A stretch of DNA of 63,398 bases, filler included, from Malassezia furfur (Eukaryota), in NCBI GenBank assembly GCA_052055015.1. It is 31 parts of 31 records of this genome, joined end to end, with 100 filler letters (N's around TTAATTAATTAA, not from the genome) between each part and the next. Parts side by side here need not be neighbours in the genome. Positions count along the whole stretch, not along the records: positions 45,511 to 47,434 come from JBQJIT010001019.1; positions 47,535 to 49,448 come from JBQJIT010001020.1; positions 49,549 to 51,457 come from JBQJIT010001021.1; positions 51,558 to 53,462 come from JBQJIT010001022.1; positions 53,563 to 55,454 come from JBQJIT010001023.1; positions 55,555 to 57,443 come from JBQJIT010001024.1; 25 more parts are not named here. One strand, 5' to 3'. The first letter of the stretch is position 1; every line of letters begins with the position of its first letter. Positions 45,511 to 57,543 of this stretch are shown piece by piece. The position numbers and the translations under genes are program-made. The notes below the pieces were generated by a model. It saw only the letters and a program-made list of their open reading frames with translations, did not search any database and was not told where the DNA came from.

Positions 45511-47182
45511 GGTGCCGGCGGTGCTGGCGCCGCTCGCGGCGGCGGAGCGCGCGGGCGCGGGGTGCGACCGGCTGGCGATGATGGTGCTGCGCCACGTGGT
45601 CGAGTACGCCGGGCCGCTCGACGGCGTGATGGACGCCGAGGTGCACGCGTTCGTCACGAGCCACACGCGCCCGCGCGCGTCCGAGGGCGCCTCGTTCTCG
45701 CGCGGGATGGCGTACGCGATCGAGCGCGACGTCGGCGTGTTTCTCGCGTCGGCGGCGCGCCAGGTGGAGGTGCTCGAGTGGCACGAGGGCAAGGCGCAGG
45801 CGTTTCTGCGGCTGCGTGCGGACGCCGCGCCGCGTGCGCCGAGCGGCGGCGAGGCGGCGAGCGACGCGCTGGTGCACTTCCTGCTCGACGCCGTGCTGGT
45901 GCACGAGCCGGGCAGCGAGGCGTACCGCTTCTTTGTGCTGCAGGCGCTCACCGAGCTGGTGTCGTCGTACATGGTGTGCAAGCAGAGCTTCCTGCGGTAC
46001 GGCGGCGAGGAGCGCGGGCGCGCGGCGCTCGGCCCGTTCCTCGCGCGCCTCGTGCCGTGCGGCTTCCTGGCGGCGTACGACGCCGAGGCGCTGCGCACGC
46101 GCATGGCCGAGTCGAACTGGGCGATGTCGGTGCTCGTGGCGCTCGCCGCGGAGCCCGGCGCGCCGGGCGACGCGAAAAGCGTCCCGGAGGCGCTCGTGGC
46201 CGTGCGCAAGGCGCTGCTCGACGCGGTGTCGCGCGCGCTGCGCGACGCGTCGCAGCACGGCGGCGAGGCGGTCGAGGTGCGCTACGGCCGGCTGTATGCG
46301 CTGGCGGACTTGTGCCACCGGCTGCTCACCGCGCAGCCGAACGCGCCGGCGGGCGGCGCCGCGCCGAAGCGCCCGACGGAGGTCGCGCTGCACATGGCCA
46401 AGACGATGCTCGAGAAGAACTTTGTCCCGCTGCTCACCTCGGCGCTCGCGGACGTCGACCTGAACATGCCGACGGTCAAGGCGCTGCTGGACGGCATGCT
46501 GCACCCGCTCGAGCACCTCACGCGCGTCGCGACCAAGATGGGCAAGGCGGCGCACGGCCCGCACACGCACGCCCACGCGTCGCGCGCGGCGAGCGCGATG
46601 GACGAAGACGCGGACGACTTCCGCAGCGCGAGCGACGAGAGCGACGCGCCCGACTTTTACCGCAACTCGGCGCTCGGCATGCACACGGGCGAGATGGAGC
46701 AGGGGCTCGAGGGCGAGTCGCTCAGTGAGGACGACGAGATGGACGACGAGGACGACATCGAGATGGACGAGTACGACTCGCAGCACTCGGAGCTGAGCAC
46801 GGACGAGGAGGGCCTCGACGGCGACTCGGCGCACGTCGTCGAGGTGATGGACGAGGACGACGACGAGATGGATGACGAGGACGACGACGACTCGCTCGAC
46901 GACGAGGACGACGACGGCTCGCTCGACGACGAGGACGACGACGAGGACGACGACGCGATGGACTCGTTCGACTCGATGGACGACGACTCGGAGGTGTACG
47001 AGGTGGACGACGAGGGGATGCTGCCAGAGCACGACTTTGACTATGTGGTCGAGGACGAGGACGGCTCCGAGCACGACGCGCGGCACACCGACGACGTCGG
47101 CCACCTGCTCGAGGCGCTCGACGGGATGGGCCAGACGGGCGACGCCGTGGACCTCGGCGTGGACGACGCCGAGGGCGCCGCG

Positions 47183-47241
<59 letters not shown>

Positions 47242-47434
47242 TCTGTACGACCACGGCGAGCTGAGCCGGCTCGAGATCGCCGACGACGTCGCATGGCCGA
47301 TGCACGCGCACGACGACCGCTTCGGCGCGCGCTGGAACTGGCTGCACCCCGGGCGCCGTGCGTCGGCGCCCGAGCGCCCGCCGACGTTCTTTGCGCGCCG
47401 CCCCGATCCGCCCGATGCGGACGCGGGCCGTGCG
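45511..47434 (+). CDS. TOM1: HECT E3 ligase Tom1/HUWE1, internal fragment with acidic tract
   Basis: LTELVSSY, LYALADLCHRLL, MAKTMLEKNFV...DVDLNMP, FYRNSALGM. Confidence 0.85.
47186..47239 (+). repeat. Perfect (GAC)18 coding microsatellite (poly-Asp)
   Basis: Counted directly; followed by GAT. Confidence 0.95.
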
Positions 47435-47534
47435 NNNNNNNNNNNNNNNNNNNNNNNNNNNNNNNNNNNNNNNNNNNNTTAATTAATTAANNNNNNNNNN
47501 NNNNNNNNNNNNNNNNNNNNNNNNNNNNNNNNNN

Positions 47535-48697
47535 GCAAGCGGCGCCGCTTCCGCGGGGCGCTTTGCGTCGCCGCTTGCGTGCGCCTCGGCGACGAAGCCG
47601 TCGATCCGGGCGAGGCATGCCTTCGCGACGGCGTCCCACGCCGCCGGGCGGCCGTGCAGCCGCTGGACGTCGTCAAAGAGCGCCTTGCGCCGCGCCTCGT
47701 CGTAGAGCGCGATGCGCGCCAGCTCGGCGGCGGCGTGTGCGGCAAAGAAGGGGTGTGCGTCGCCGAGGCCCGCGACGAGCGCCGCGTTCGGGTCGCGCGC
47801 GTGCGCCGTGGGCAGGTACGCAAACGGCTGCGTCCAGTACACGTCGAAGAGCGTGTGCACCGTCGTGAGCAGCACGACGACGAGCACGACGACGGGCAGC
47901 ATCGCGACGACCAGCGAGCTCACCGCGAACGGCACACGGAACGACGGCACGATCCACGGGCGCACGGCGGTGTCGATACCGACGACGCGCAGCAGCGCCG
48001 ACCAAAACGCGTCGCGGCCCACGACGTACAGCGCGAGCGGCGCCGCGAGCCACGGCAGCGTCGCGAGGGCGCGCGGCAGGCGCGCGCCGAGCGTGCGCAC
48101 CACCCGCACACGCAGCGTCACGGGGTGCAGCACCGCGTCGGGGTCGAACGCGGGCACATGCCAGCACGCCGGCGGCGTGGTGCGTGCGTCGCTCCAGCCG
48201 AGCGCCGCGCCGGCGCACGCGGCGACGAAAGCGGTGACGACGAGCGTCTCGTTGATGTAGTAGGCGCGGTGCGACGCGACGTACACGCGCGGCGCCAGGG
48301 CCGATGCGCCGCCGTGGACGTGCGTAGCGAGGCCGGCAAACAGCACGGCGAGCACGACGGCGGCGAGCGCCGTGCGGCCGACGTGGCGCCACACGGCGGG
48401 CGTGCGCAGGAGCGTGAGCCACGGAGCGGCGTGCGCCGTGCCGTCGGGCGCGTGCGGCGCATAGATCAGGCGGTGCCGGCGCGCCATGAGCAGCGGCAGC
48501 AGCACCGCACCGACGATCGCCAGCGAGCCCGCCGCGGCTGACGGGCGCACGAGCGCGTGCGGCGACGCGAGCGCCGCGCAGGTGAGCAGGTGCGTCGCAA
48601 GCAGCGACAGGAACAGCACGCGTTCCTGCCGCGGGCGCATCGCGTGCTTCAGCAGCGCGCGGTACGTCCCCCCCGCCGGGGCCAGTGCGGGCGGCAT
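47535..48697 (-). CDS. NDC1: Transmembrane nucleoporin Ndc1 (3' truncated)
   Basis: About 6 TM helices then LFDVYWTQP, DPNAALVAGL, ELARIA, RRKALFDD. Confidence 0.75.
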
Positions 48698-48744
48698 GGG
48701 TGTCGCTGCCACGTGGCGAATGCAGAAGTCTTCGTTTGAACACC

Positions 48745-49448
48745 ATGGCCCTGCCGATGTGGTCTTCGCGTGCACGCGCCGTGTGCCGTGTGCCGCTGCG
48801 GCGGCAGCTGCACCAGCTCTCGCCGCTTGCGCCTGCGCTGGAGGAAGGGTGCGCGCCGTTTTTGTCGAAGCGGACGACGCAGCTGCTCTGGACGCAGTGG
48901 CAGGCCGGCCTCCTGCAGCGGCTCAACGACGAGGTCAAGGGTACGTCGCGCCCCGCTCACCCACAGGCACGCCGCGCGCGGCAGACTCGGTCGTGGACAC
49001 GGTGATCGGCACGGCGCGCGACCGCGCCAACGCGCTCGCCTTCCAATACGCGTCGCTCGCGCTGAACAACAGCTTCTTCCTGCACGGCCTGCTGCCCAAG
49101 GACCGGCAGCCGAACACCGAGTACCCGCAGCCCTCGACGCACACGGGCGCCATCCCGACCTTCTACGGCAAGACGCTCGCAACCGCGATCGCCGACCAGT
49201 ACGGCTCGCTGCCGCAGTTCAAGCTGGCGTTCGCCTCCGCGGCGATGGGCACCGTCGACAACGGGTTCCTGTGGCTCGTCAAGGACGAGCACGGGCGCCT
49301 CGGCATCGTGCCGACGTACGGCGCCGGCACCCTGCTCGTGCACCAGCGCATGCAGACGGGCCCGCGCGACCTCGTCGCCGGCGTGCAGGACGGCCGCACG
49401 TCGAGCTCCGCGACGGAGCCCGCGGCGGACGCCGCGCAGGCGGGCGCG
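48745..49448 (+). CDS. Fe/Mn-SOD-fold mitoribosomal protein (mS42/Rsm26-like), 3' truncated
   Basis: Presequence, LLQRLND, ASLALNNSFF, GFLWLV; the SOD His ligands are absent. 26-nt intron 48941-48966. Confidence 0.7.
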
Positions 49449-49548
49449 NNNNNNNNNNNNNNNNNNNNNNNNNNNNNNNNNNNNNNNNNNNNTTAATTAA
49501 TTAANNNNNNNNNNNNNNNNNNNNNNNNNNNNNNNNNNNNNNNNNNNN

Positions 49549-51457
49549 CGCTCCGCGCCCAAGGGTGTCGCCGGGCGGAGGGCCGCAGGCGGCCGGGGCG
49601 CCGCCTCGGGGTTGCCTGCGACGAGCGCCGAGGTAAGCGCGTCGAGCAGCGGCTCGGGGTGGGGTTCAACGGGCGTGAGCAGCGGGTTCGTGCCGGCGGT
49701 CGGCGTGGATGCGCTGTTGGGCGACAAGATGGAGGGAAAGTGGCGCGCACAGAACGCACGAAGCTCGTCGACCACCACGCCGTAGTACGTCGTCTGGATT
49801 TCGGCAAAGAACATGATGCACCGGTCGAGAAGGAGCGCGATGCCGCGGATCAGCGCCGGGAGCTCCTCCATGAGCTGCACGTGCATCGAAAGGAAGGCGC
49901 GCGCGCCGCTGCCCGGCTGTGTGTGCGGCCGGCGTGCCAGGTCCGCAAGGTACTTGCGGTACTCGTGCTCCTTTGCGGCGCGGTTCGCCATCACCATGCG
50001 TGGGCGCTCGAGCAGGCGGTGCACGGCATGCGTCGTGGCCGTGACGGTGCGCCGCAGCTCCGCGTCGAGGCGTGCACACACCGTGTCCAAAAACGTGTGC
50101 TCGACGAGCGTGCGGTACTCAAGCAGGCGATCAACGGCGCTCTGCTCGCCGGCGGCGATGTCGGTGCGGTACACAGCGATCCACTCGTCGGCGACACGCA
50201 GCTGTGTCGCGTACAGGGTACGCACACACTGCGCCCACGATCCGCACTGCTCGGCGAAGCGGAGCAGGCCGCGCTCGCTGGCGTCGAGGCGCTCAACCCA
50301 TGCGCGGTATGCGCCCTCGTCGGCGGTGAGCGGCTGCCCACCGAGCTTGGGCGAGCTCTTGCCCATGCGCAGCGCCGCGGGGGGCCGGCGGAACGCGGCG
50401 GGGCGCGGCGGCTGCAGCGGCGCAAAGCCGTGGCGCTCGACAATCTCGATGCGCTTCTTATTTTCGTTGATGCGGTCGGCGACGTGCTGGATCTGCTGCA
50501 GCGCCTCGTAGAGCACGGGGTGCGCGACGTGCGTCGGCGGGGTGCAATCCACGACGCTGCGCAGAAACAGGGGGTATTTCAGCACGCGCTGCACCGGCTT
50601 GATGAGCAGCGACGGCAGGTCCCACGCGCGCGAGTGCTCGCGCGACGTCGCGTCGCACTCGGCGAGGAACGCGGCAGCCGCCGGGCTCTTGGCCGTCACC
50701 TCAGAGAGGCGCGCCATCGCCGCCTCGTGCCGTCCGCAGTACAGCGTATACACCTGCTCGATCTGCGCCATTTTTTGCAAAAAGATGTAGCCGACAGCCT
50801 GCGCATCGTGCTCGTGCACCGACGCGGACAGCAGCGTGCTCATCTCCCCCGCAAGCGCCGCACACGGCTCGAGGCCCGCAAAGATCACCAGGATGTCGGG
50901 CACGCTCAGGGGCGGCGCCCGCACGGGACTCGAAGGGCGCACACGCTCGGGGCGTGGCGAGTGCGGCGTGCGCTCGGGGTGCGCCCACGACGGGCCTTCG
51001 TCGTCGTGCTCCGAGGCAACCGACGGCGCACTTCCCCGAGCCTGCTCGCGTCGCTTTTTCGGCGAGAGCGGGTGGTGCAGCGCCGCGTCCAAGTGCCGCA
51101 CCTCGAGGCTGTCCATCGAGCGGCTGCTGCGCGAGCGCGGCAGCGTGGCATGTGCGCCCTCGGTCGGCGATGCGCCGGGCGCAATGTGCGGCGACGGCGC
51201 AAGCATCGACGCGGTCGGCGTCCGGATCCCGGCGTAGAGCCGCGCGCGCGCCAGGTACAGCTCGCGCACCACCGCGAGGTCGGCGGCGTAGGTACATTCG
51301 GTCTCAGCGAGCTCCTTGAGCACGTTGTAGCGCTGCACGCTCTGCTTGCGCTCGAGGTCGCTCTGTGCGTCGCTCTGCGACGTCGCAGGTGTGTCGGCGC
51401 GCGCGAGCGACTCGGGCGGCAGCAGCGCCGACGACGACGACGAGCTGGTCGACAGCG
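49549..51457 (-). CDS. Rho GEF with DH domain followed by BAR-like region (fragment)
   Basis: ELAETECTYAADL, WDLPSLLIKPVQRVLKYPL, VADRINE, QLMEELP. Confidence 0.85.
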
Positions 51458-51557
51458 NNNNNNNNNNNNNNNNNNNNNNNNNNNNNNNNNNNNNNNNNNN
51501 NTTAATTAATTAANNNNNNNNNNNNNNNNNNNNNNNNNNNNNNNNNNNNNNNNNNNN

Positions 51558-51752
51558 CGCCCCTTTGGCGCTTGCACTCGCGGCCATCGTCGACGCGACC
51601 GGCGCAGCAGCCGGTGCAGCAGCCGGCGCGGCAGGCACCGCGGCTCGCGCCGGTGCGTGGAAGTTCGGCGGGGCATACTGCGGCCGCAGCGCAAAGTACT
51701 CGTCCATTAGCGCAAAGAACGCCTGCCGCTCATGTTCTGGAACGCCCGCCAT
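51558..51752 (-). CDS. 5' end of an uncharacterised Ala/Pro-rich protein
   Basis: MAGVPEHERQAFFALMDEYFALRPQY, in a good start context (CCACCATGG). Confidence 0.6.
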
Positions 51753-51834
51753 GGTGGAGCAAAGACCTCCACGTGGGCCACGCGGGGAGCCGTGCGAGGA
51801 TGAGCGGTATCGCCGGGGCAGACTATGGACCGGG

Positions 51835-53399
51835 CTAAGCCTGCACCTTGCTCGCGGCACGCGCCTGGGTAAATGCGCGCAGCGCCTGGTTGGGCTTGCG
51901 CAGCACTCCGAGCACGCACGTCATAAACGTCAGCACCACGACCGAGCCAGCCTGGTGCGCGGCGGCAAGCGGCACCGGCACCATGTAGATCAGCGTCGAG
52001 ATGCCGAGCAGCACCTGGAGCAAAGTCATGTGCACGGCGCCGGTCGCGAAGCGCGGCGCGCCGGGCGGTAGGAGCGTCTTGACCTTCTTCGTGTAGCGCA
52101 GGAAGCCGAACATGGACAGCAGCGTCGAGACGCCGAGGAAGCGGTGCACCGCCTGCACCGTCACCGGGTTCTGCGTCAAGTTCCCGAGCCACATCCGCGA
52201 AAAGGTCGGGTGCACGGGCTCACGCGTCACGTCGGGCGACGGCACCGGCTCGCTGGTGCGCACGGCATAGCGCGCGTCCAGCAGCTCGCTCTTGGGTGGA
52301 AGCAGACGGCCTTCGCCCATCGTCGGGAACTCGCTGTACACCAGACCGGCATCCAAGCCCGCAACAAATGCGCCGTACACCGCCGTGGTGAACACGAGGC
52401 CGAGCAGACCAAGCGCGACGCGGCGGTACTTGCGCACCGCCGGGCTCTGCAGCTGCGCAAGCACCTTGGCCAGCAGCGCCTGGCGCTCGGGCGCAGCGCC
52501 AGCACGCGTCGCATTCGCCAGCGTGTTGTCGCGCAGGATGTTGACCGCCGTGTAGAGCATGCCCATGTACACGGCAAACGCCGTGCTGAGGTGCGCCGCA
52601 AGCTTAAAGTGGCTCACGCGCGGCGTCCATTCGGGGCGCGGCTGCGCGTTTCCCGGCTCGTTCTCGTACGGGTCCTTGAGTCCGCTCGCGACCATGATCC
52701 AGCCCAGCAAGCCCTGGAAACCGATGCCGGCAGTGATCGCCAGCAGTTTCCAGCGCACATCGGGCGTCGCCACGCCGCGGCGCATGCAGAAATAGAGCGC
52801 AGGCAGGCCAAAAAAGACCCCGATCACGCGACCGAGGATACGGTGCGACCATTCCCACATAAAGATCATCTTGAAGTCCTCCAGCGTCATGTCCTGGTTG
52901 ATCCTGGGTGAGTGAAGGGCACGCACATCTTAAACTCGGGCGACTCCTTGTACTTGTCCCATTCGGCATGCCACTCGGCGTCCGACGACGGCAGACGCAT
53001 GCCTTTCAGACCGGGGTTCCATTCCGTGATCGACAGGCCCGACTCGGTCAGGCGGGTGATGCCGCCCACCACAATGATCAAGAAGACGAGCGCGGCAGAG
53101 AAGAGCAGATGGTACGCAACGATCGGACGCGTCGCAAGCGGAGGCTCCGGAGCTGCGGCCGTAGCATACGTGCGCAGTAGGTTGTACCGTGGCGCACGCG
53201 CCAACGTCGGAGCGCACGGCACAGGGCGCGTCGGAAGAAGACGGCTAAGTGGCGCGCAACGCACCAACGGCGCGCGCGTCGCAGACGAAAGTGCGCGTAC
53301 GGGGAGCAAGCTCGTGCGTGCGCAAGACACGCCCCGGAAGAGCGCGGCGGGGTTGCGCAGCAGCGGCTGGCATGCCGCCCGTGCTCCGAAGAAGGCCAT
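51835..53399 (-). CDS. COX15: Heme A synthase
   Basis: GGITRLTESGLSITEW, WEWSHRILGR, FVAGLDAG, LAAAHQ; 23-nt intron 52904-52926. Confidence 0.95.
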
Positions 53400-53562
53400 G
53401 CTGGTGGATCGGCGTCACGTGGTCCCGAGCGAATCGGCGGAGGGACATTACCGAGGCGGGGGNNNNNNNNNNNNNNNNNNNNNNNNNNNNNNNNNNNNNN
53501 NNNNNNTTAATTAATTAANNNNNNNNNNNNNNNNNNNNNNNNNNNNNNNNNNNNNNNNNNNN

Positions 53563-53862
53563 GCGGCGCTGCGTCAGTGCGCGGACGTACCTCTCTCCCT
53601 CCAGCACGACCTTTTCCAGCGCGGCATCCGCCTCGCCAGGCAGCGCGCCCGGCGGCCGCGCGGCGTCGTCGGCGTGCTGCTCGGCGGTCTGCAGCATATA
53701 GTACAGGCGGTGTACATCGGCGCGGCGCGACGCCGTGAGTTGGCTGCGTCAGTGGTGCACGTACGCAATCTCCGCATGCCATTCGGCCGCACGCGCCTTG
53801 CGCAGCGACTCGAGCGTCACACGACTGCTCGACGCCGCGGCCCCCGCGCGCTCGCTGCCCAT
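53563..53862 (-). CDS. 5' end of an unidentified gene with two micro-introns
   Basis: MGSERAGAA...WHAEIA|QLTASRRADVHRLYYML; introns 53744-53764 (21 nt, in-frame TGA) and 53569-53590 (22 nt). Confidence 0.65.
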
Positions 53863-53940
53863 CGCACCGGGGAACAACCGCAGCAGAAAAAATGGTATCC
53901 GGGCCTCCTAGGTCCACATCTATGATCGGGCGATCGGGCG

Positions 53941-55434
53941 CTACGCGGGCGCCCACCCCCCGGGCTCGAGCGGCTCGTGGAGCGCAATGGTCGCCGTGAG
54001 CACGGTGATGTCGTCGTTCTTGCCGCCGACGTAGTAGATGCCCTCCTCGTTCGCCTGCTGCTGGAACGGGCTGGTGAGCAGCCGCGGGTCCTCGCTCGCG
54101 GCCTTCGCCATGCGGCACAGCGACTCGGAGATCATGTACGGCAAATCGACCTTGCTCTCCGGCTCGCTGTCCGATTGCGCCCCAAAGTGGTTGACGATCT
54201 CCTCGACGCGCTCGAGAATGTCCTCGTCAAACAGGTTGTCGAGCAGCCCGTCGCTCGCCAGAATCACAATGTCGCCGTCCTGCACGTGCAGCGCCCAATA
54301 CCCCGCGTCCTCCTTCGGCGAGTCCCACTCGGTCTTGTCGCTCTTGCCGTCGAAGGAGTGCAGCACGTGGTTCAGCCGCTCGTTCACGTCGGGCAGCTCG
54401 TCGTCCAGCGCACCGTCGGGGATGTTGCCGTCGCGGTGCTGGCACAGCGCCGACGCCAAACTCACGCTCTCCACCGTCGCATCCATCATCCCCAGCTGCA
54501 GCGGGAAGTTGAACGAGTGCTGCTGCTCCGCACTCCGGAAAATCATCTCGTTCTCCCGGATGAGCATCAGCACACAGTCGCCCAGGTTCGCGATACGCAG
54601 CTCGTTCCCCCGCAGCATCGCCAGCAGCGCCGTCGAACTGCCCATGATCCCCTCGCGCTTCGACGCTCGCACACACCGCTCCCACGCGGTCTGCAGCACC
54701 ATCACGGGGTCCACGTTGTTCCACTGCACCACCGCGTCGTCGTCCACGCTCGCGTCGCCATTCGCATTCGCCTCGCTCTGCTTGGCGCACGCCGCGTCCA
54801 GCTGGCTCAGCTCCGCGTAGCAAAAGTGCATGAGCAGCCGCGAAAACAGCGCAGGGTCCGCGCGCTTGCTCGACGCCCAGCCGCCTACGCCATCCGCAAT
54901 GCCGAGCGCATCGCTCTTGAGAAAGTAGGCATCCTCGCCGACCTGCTGGCTCTGCAGGCGCGTATGTACAATGCGGCCCTTGTCGCGGATCGCCGAGTGC
55001 AGCCCTTGGCCGCGCAGGTAGTCGACCTCGCTGGGGAGCACGGGCTCCTCCTCCTCCTCGGGCGGCGGCGGCGCGCGGCTCGCCTCGCCGCCACCGATCA
55101 AAAAGTCGGCAATCGGGCCAAACATGCTCTGGCTCTTCCCGCGCGCCGGCGGCGTCTTCTTGACGCGGTGCTTGGGGATGCCGTACGCGGCCGAGTGGAA
55201 AACGTAGGGGGTGCTTGGCAGGCCCACGCTGTTGCTATAGTACAGGCGCCGGGGGGGTATCGCACGCGCAACGCGTGTGCACACGGGCCACATCCGCCGC
55301 GGCGCCGTCGGGCGCCGCAGGGGCGCAGCGCCCGTGGCGGACGCCGCAAGGTCGCGGGCAGGTGCGCGGCACGAGGCACGCATGCAGACCAAGGCACGGG
55401 CCGACAGCAGCGGGCGGCTGCTGGGGCGATGCAA
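53941..55434 (-). CDS. PTC7: PP2C phosphatase Ptc7
   Basis: GEDAYF, IADGVGGW, ANLGD, QQHSFNFPLQL, SDGLLDNL, GGKNDDITV. Start codon uncertain. Confidence 0.88.
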   Translation of the reverse strand: MHRPSSRPLLSARALVCMRASCRAPARDLAASATGAAPLRRPTAPRRMWPVCTRVARAIPPRRLYYSNSVGLPSTPYVFHSAAYGIPKHRVKKTPPARGKSQSMFGPIADFLIGGGEASRAPPPPEEEEEPVLPSEVDYLRGQGLHSAIRDKGRIVHTRLQSQQVGEDAYFLKSDALGIADGVGGWASSKRADPALFSRLLMHFCYAELSQLDAACAKQSEANANGDASVDDDAVVQWNNVDPVMVLQTAWERCVRASKREGIMGSSTALLAMLRGNELRIANLGDCVLMLIRENEMIFRSAEQQHSFNFPLQLGMMDATVESVSLASALCQHRDGNIPDGALDDELPDVNERLNHVLHSFDGKSDKTEWDSPKEDAGYWALHVQDGDIVILASDGLLDNLFDEDILERVEEIVNHFGAQSDSEPESKVDLPYMISESLCRMAKAASEDPRLLTSPFQQQANEEGIYYVGGKNDDITVLTATIALHEPLEPGGWAPA

Positions 55435-55554
55435 GTGCAGGATCGTCGCGGATCNNNNNNNNNNNNNNNNNNNNNNNNNNNNNNNNNNNNNNNNNNNNTT
55501 AATTAATTAANNNNNNNNNNNNNNNNNNNNNNNNNNNNNNNNNNNNNNNNNNNN

Positions 55555-57443
55555 GCAGCGCCGTGCGGAACTTGCGCAGCGTGCGGTGGAGGTAGGTGTG
55601 CGTCTTTTGTGCGCTCTGCCGCAGTGCGTACACATTCACGTCGCGCCACGTCGCAAGCTGCACATAGTCACGCACCTCGCGCTCGAGGGCGCGCCGCGCC
55701 GTATTGAGGTGCTCGTGCGCGGCAGGGAGGAACTGTGCGTAGTAGTGTGCGACGTTGCGGAGCGTTGCGCCCAGCGCCGCGCTCGGCGCGAGCGGCACAA
55801 AGGTGCGCAGCAGGCGCAGGCGCGCGGCGAGCTGCCCCAGCGGACTCGTGCGCACGTACGTGTCGAGCAGCGTGACGAGCGTGCGCATGCCCGCCGCGTC
55901 GTCGACCGCGGCATGCACCACCGACTCGTACAGCGAGAAAAAGAGGGGCGCAACGCGCGCCTCCTCGGCGGCCGCCTCGTCGTCGAGCAGGTGCTGCCAC
56001 GCGTGCAGTTCGCGCTTGCGCCACGCGACGACGAGCGCGGTGAGCTCGGCAGCCGCGTCGCGCAGGGACGTCTCCGCACTCGCGTACGTCTCCCAGTCGT
56101 CGACGTGCGTCAGCAGCTGCTCGACGGCCGCCAGCGCACGGGCCACAGGGCTGTCCATGCCGAGCTGCGCCACACGCTCGCAGCGCGCGTGCAGCTGCGC
56201 GAGCTGGACGTGCTCGGGGTACGTTGCGTGCAGCGCCGCGACGCGCTCCGACAGGCGCACCAGGATCGGCGCAAGCTCGGCCAACGCCGCGGGGTCCGCG
56301 TCGTGGTAGAAGTTGGCACGCGTCGTGCGTGGCGCCGTGCGCTGCGTCAGCAGCTCGAGCTGCAGCGCGGCGCTCGTTGCGTCGAGCGCGGGCGGCAGCG
56401 GCGCGCGCGTCTGAGCACCGCGGCACACGAGCGACGCACGCGCCGCCGCCCACGCCTGGGCGACGTCGATCGCCGGCGCACCGGCCGCGGGCGCCTCGGC
56501 GGCAAACAGCGCGCTGTGCAGTCGATACACTTGCTCGATGCGCGCGTCGTCGAGTGTGCGCTTCGACTTCGGCTTGCGGGGCATCGGCGCGGCACCCTCG
56601 TCTTCAAGCACGTCGTCGTACACGGGGAACAGCCGGCGCTGCTCGGCCAGGCGCGCCGCGTCGTCGTCGGCGTTGTCCTGGCCGCGGTAGGTATAGAGCT
56701 GCGCGGCGGCCGCCTCGGCGTCCTCGGCCTGGGCGCGCTCGTGCGCCCAGACCGCGTAGAGCGCCGCGTAGAGCGACGCGACGCGCTCGCTATCGGCGTC
56801 GCCGTGCGCATGCGCTCCGTACGCACACGCCGCGAGCGACGCCATCAGCTCGTCGACGTTGCTGGCGGCGCACTGCGGTACCGCCTCTGCGGCCGCCACC
56901 GTCGGGAACTGTGCGGCGGCTGCGACGACCGCGTGTGCACGCCGCGCGGGGCGCGCCGACAGGCACACGCCGAGTCCGACGCGCGCCGCATCGAGCGCCA
57001 CCAGCACCGGCGCGACCAGATCCGCCTCGGCCGCGTACTGCCGCGCGAGGCGCTGTGCAAACGACGCGAGCGACGCCTGCACGCTCTCGGCCTGGTCGAC
57101 GGCGCGCTCGGCGCGGCTCGCGAGCGACGCCAGCACCGCGTCGATGCGTGCAGGCGCCAGCACCTGCGTCGCGAACGCCACAAGCTCCGTGTGCAGCCGC
57201 GCGAGGCGCGCGGCGTCGGGCGTGCGCGCGACGTGTGTGCGTCCTGCGTGCGCACGCTGGGCGAGCGCGCGCTGCAGCTCGGCGTGCAGCGTATCGAGTG
57301 CCGCGTTGTGCGCGTTGCCGGTGAGCAGCTGCTCGCGGCTCGCCTCGATGGCGCACGTGCGCTCCAGGTGCGAGACGCGCGCCGCGGCGTACGCGCGCTG
57401 TGCGTGTGCCTCAGCGACCGGGTCGAGCGGCATGCTCGGCACG
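55555..57443 (-). CDS. MDN1: Midasin/Rea1, linker region fragment
   Basis: NFYHD, DDWETYAS, VVAWRKRELHAW, WRDVNVYALRQSAQKTH. Confidence 0.85.
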
Positions 57444-57543
57444 NNNNNNNNNNNNNNNNNNNNNNNNNNNNNNNNNNNNNNNNNNNNTTAATTAATTAAN
57501 NNNNNNNNNNNNNNNNNNNNNNNNNNNNNNNNNNNNNNNNNNN

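Noticed and set aside
48745..49448. Active Mn/Fe superoxide dismutase
   Set aside because: The N-terminal His metal ligands are replaced (LWTQWQ, LALNNSFF), which fits the mitoribosomal SOD-fold paralogue.
4210..57499. Many 400-660 aa antisense and alternate-frame ORFs (e.g. 4210-6189, 6325-8322, 45455-47347, 55586-57499)
   Set aside because: Shadows of real genes: high GC3 codon usage removes stops; the products are Arg/Ala-rich with no motifs.
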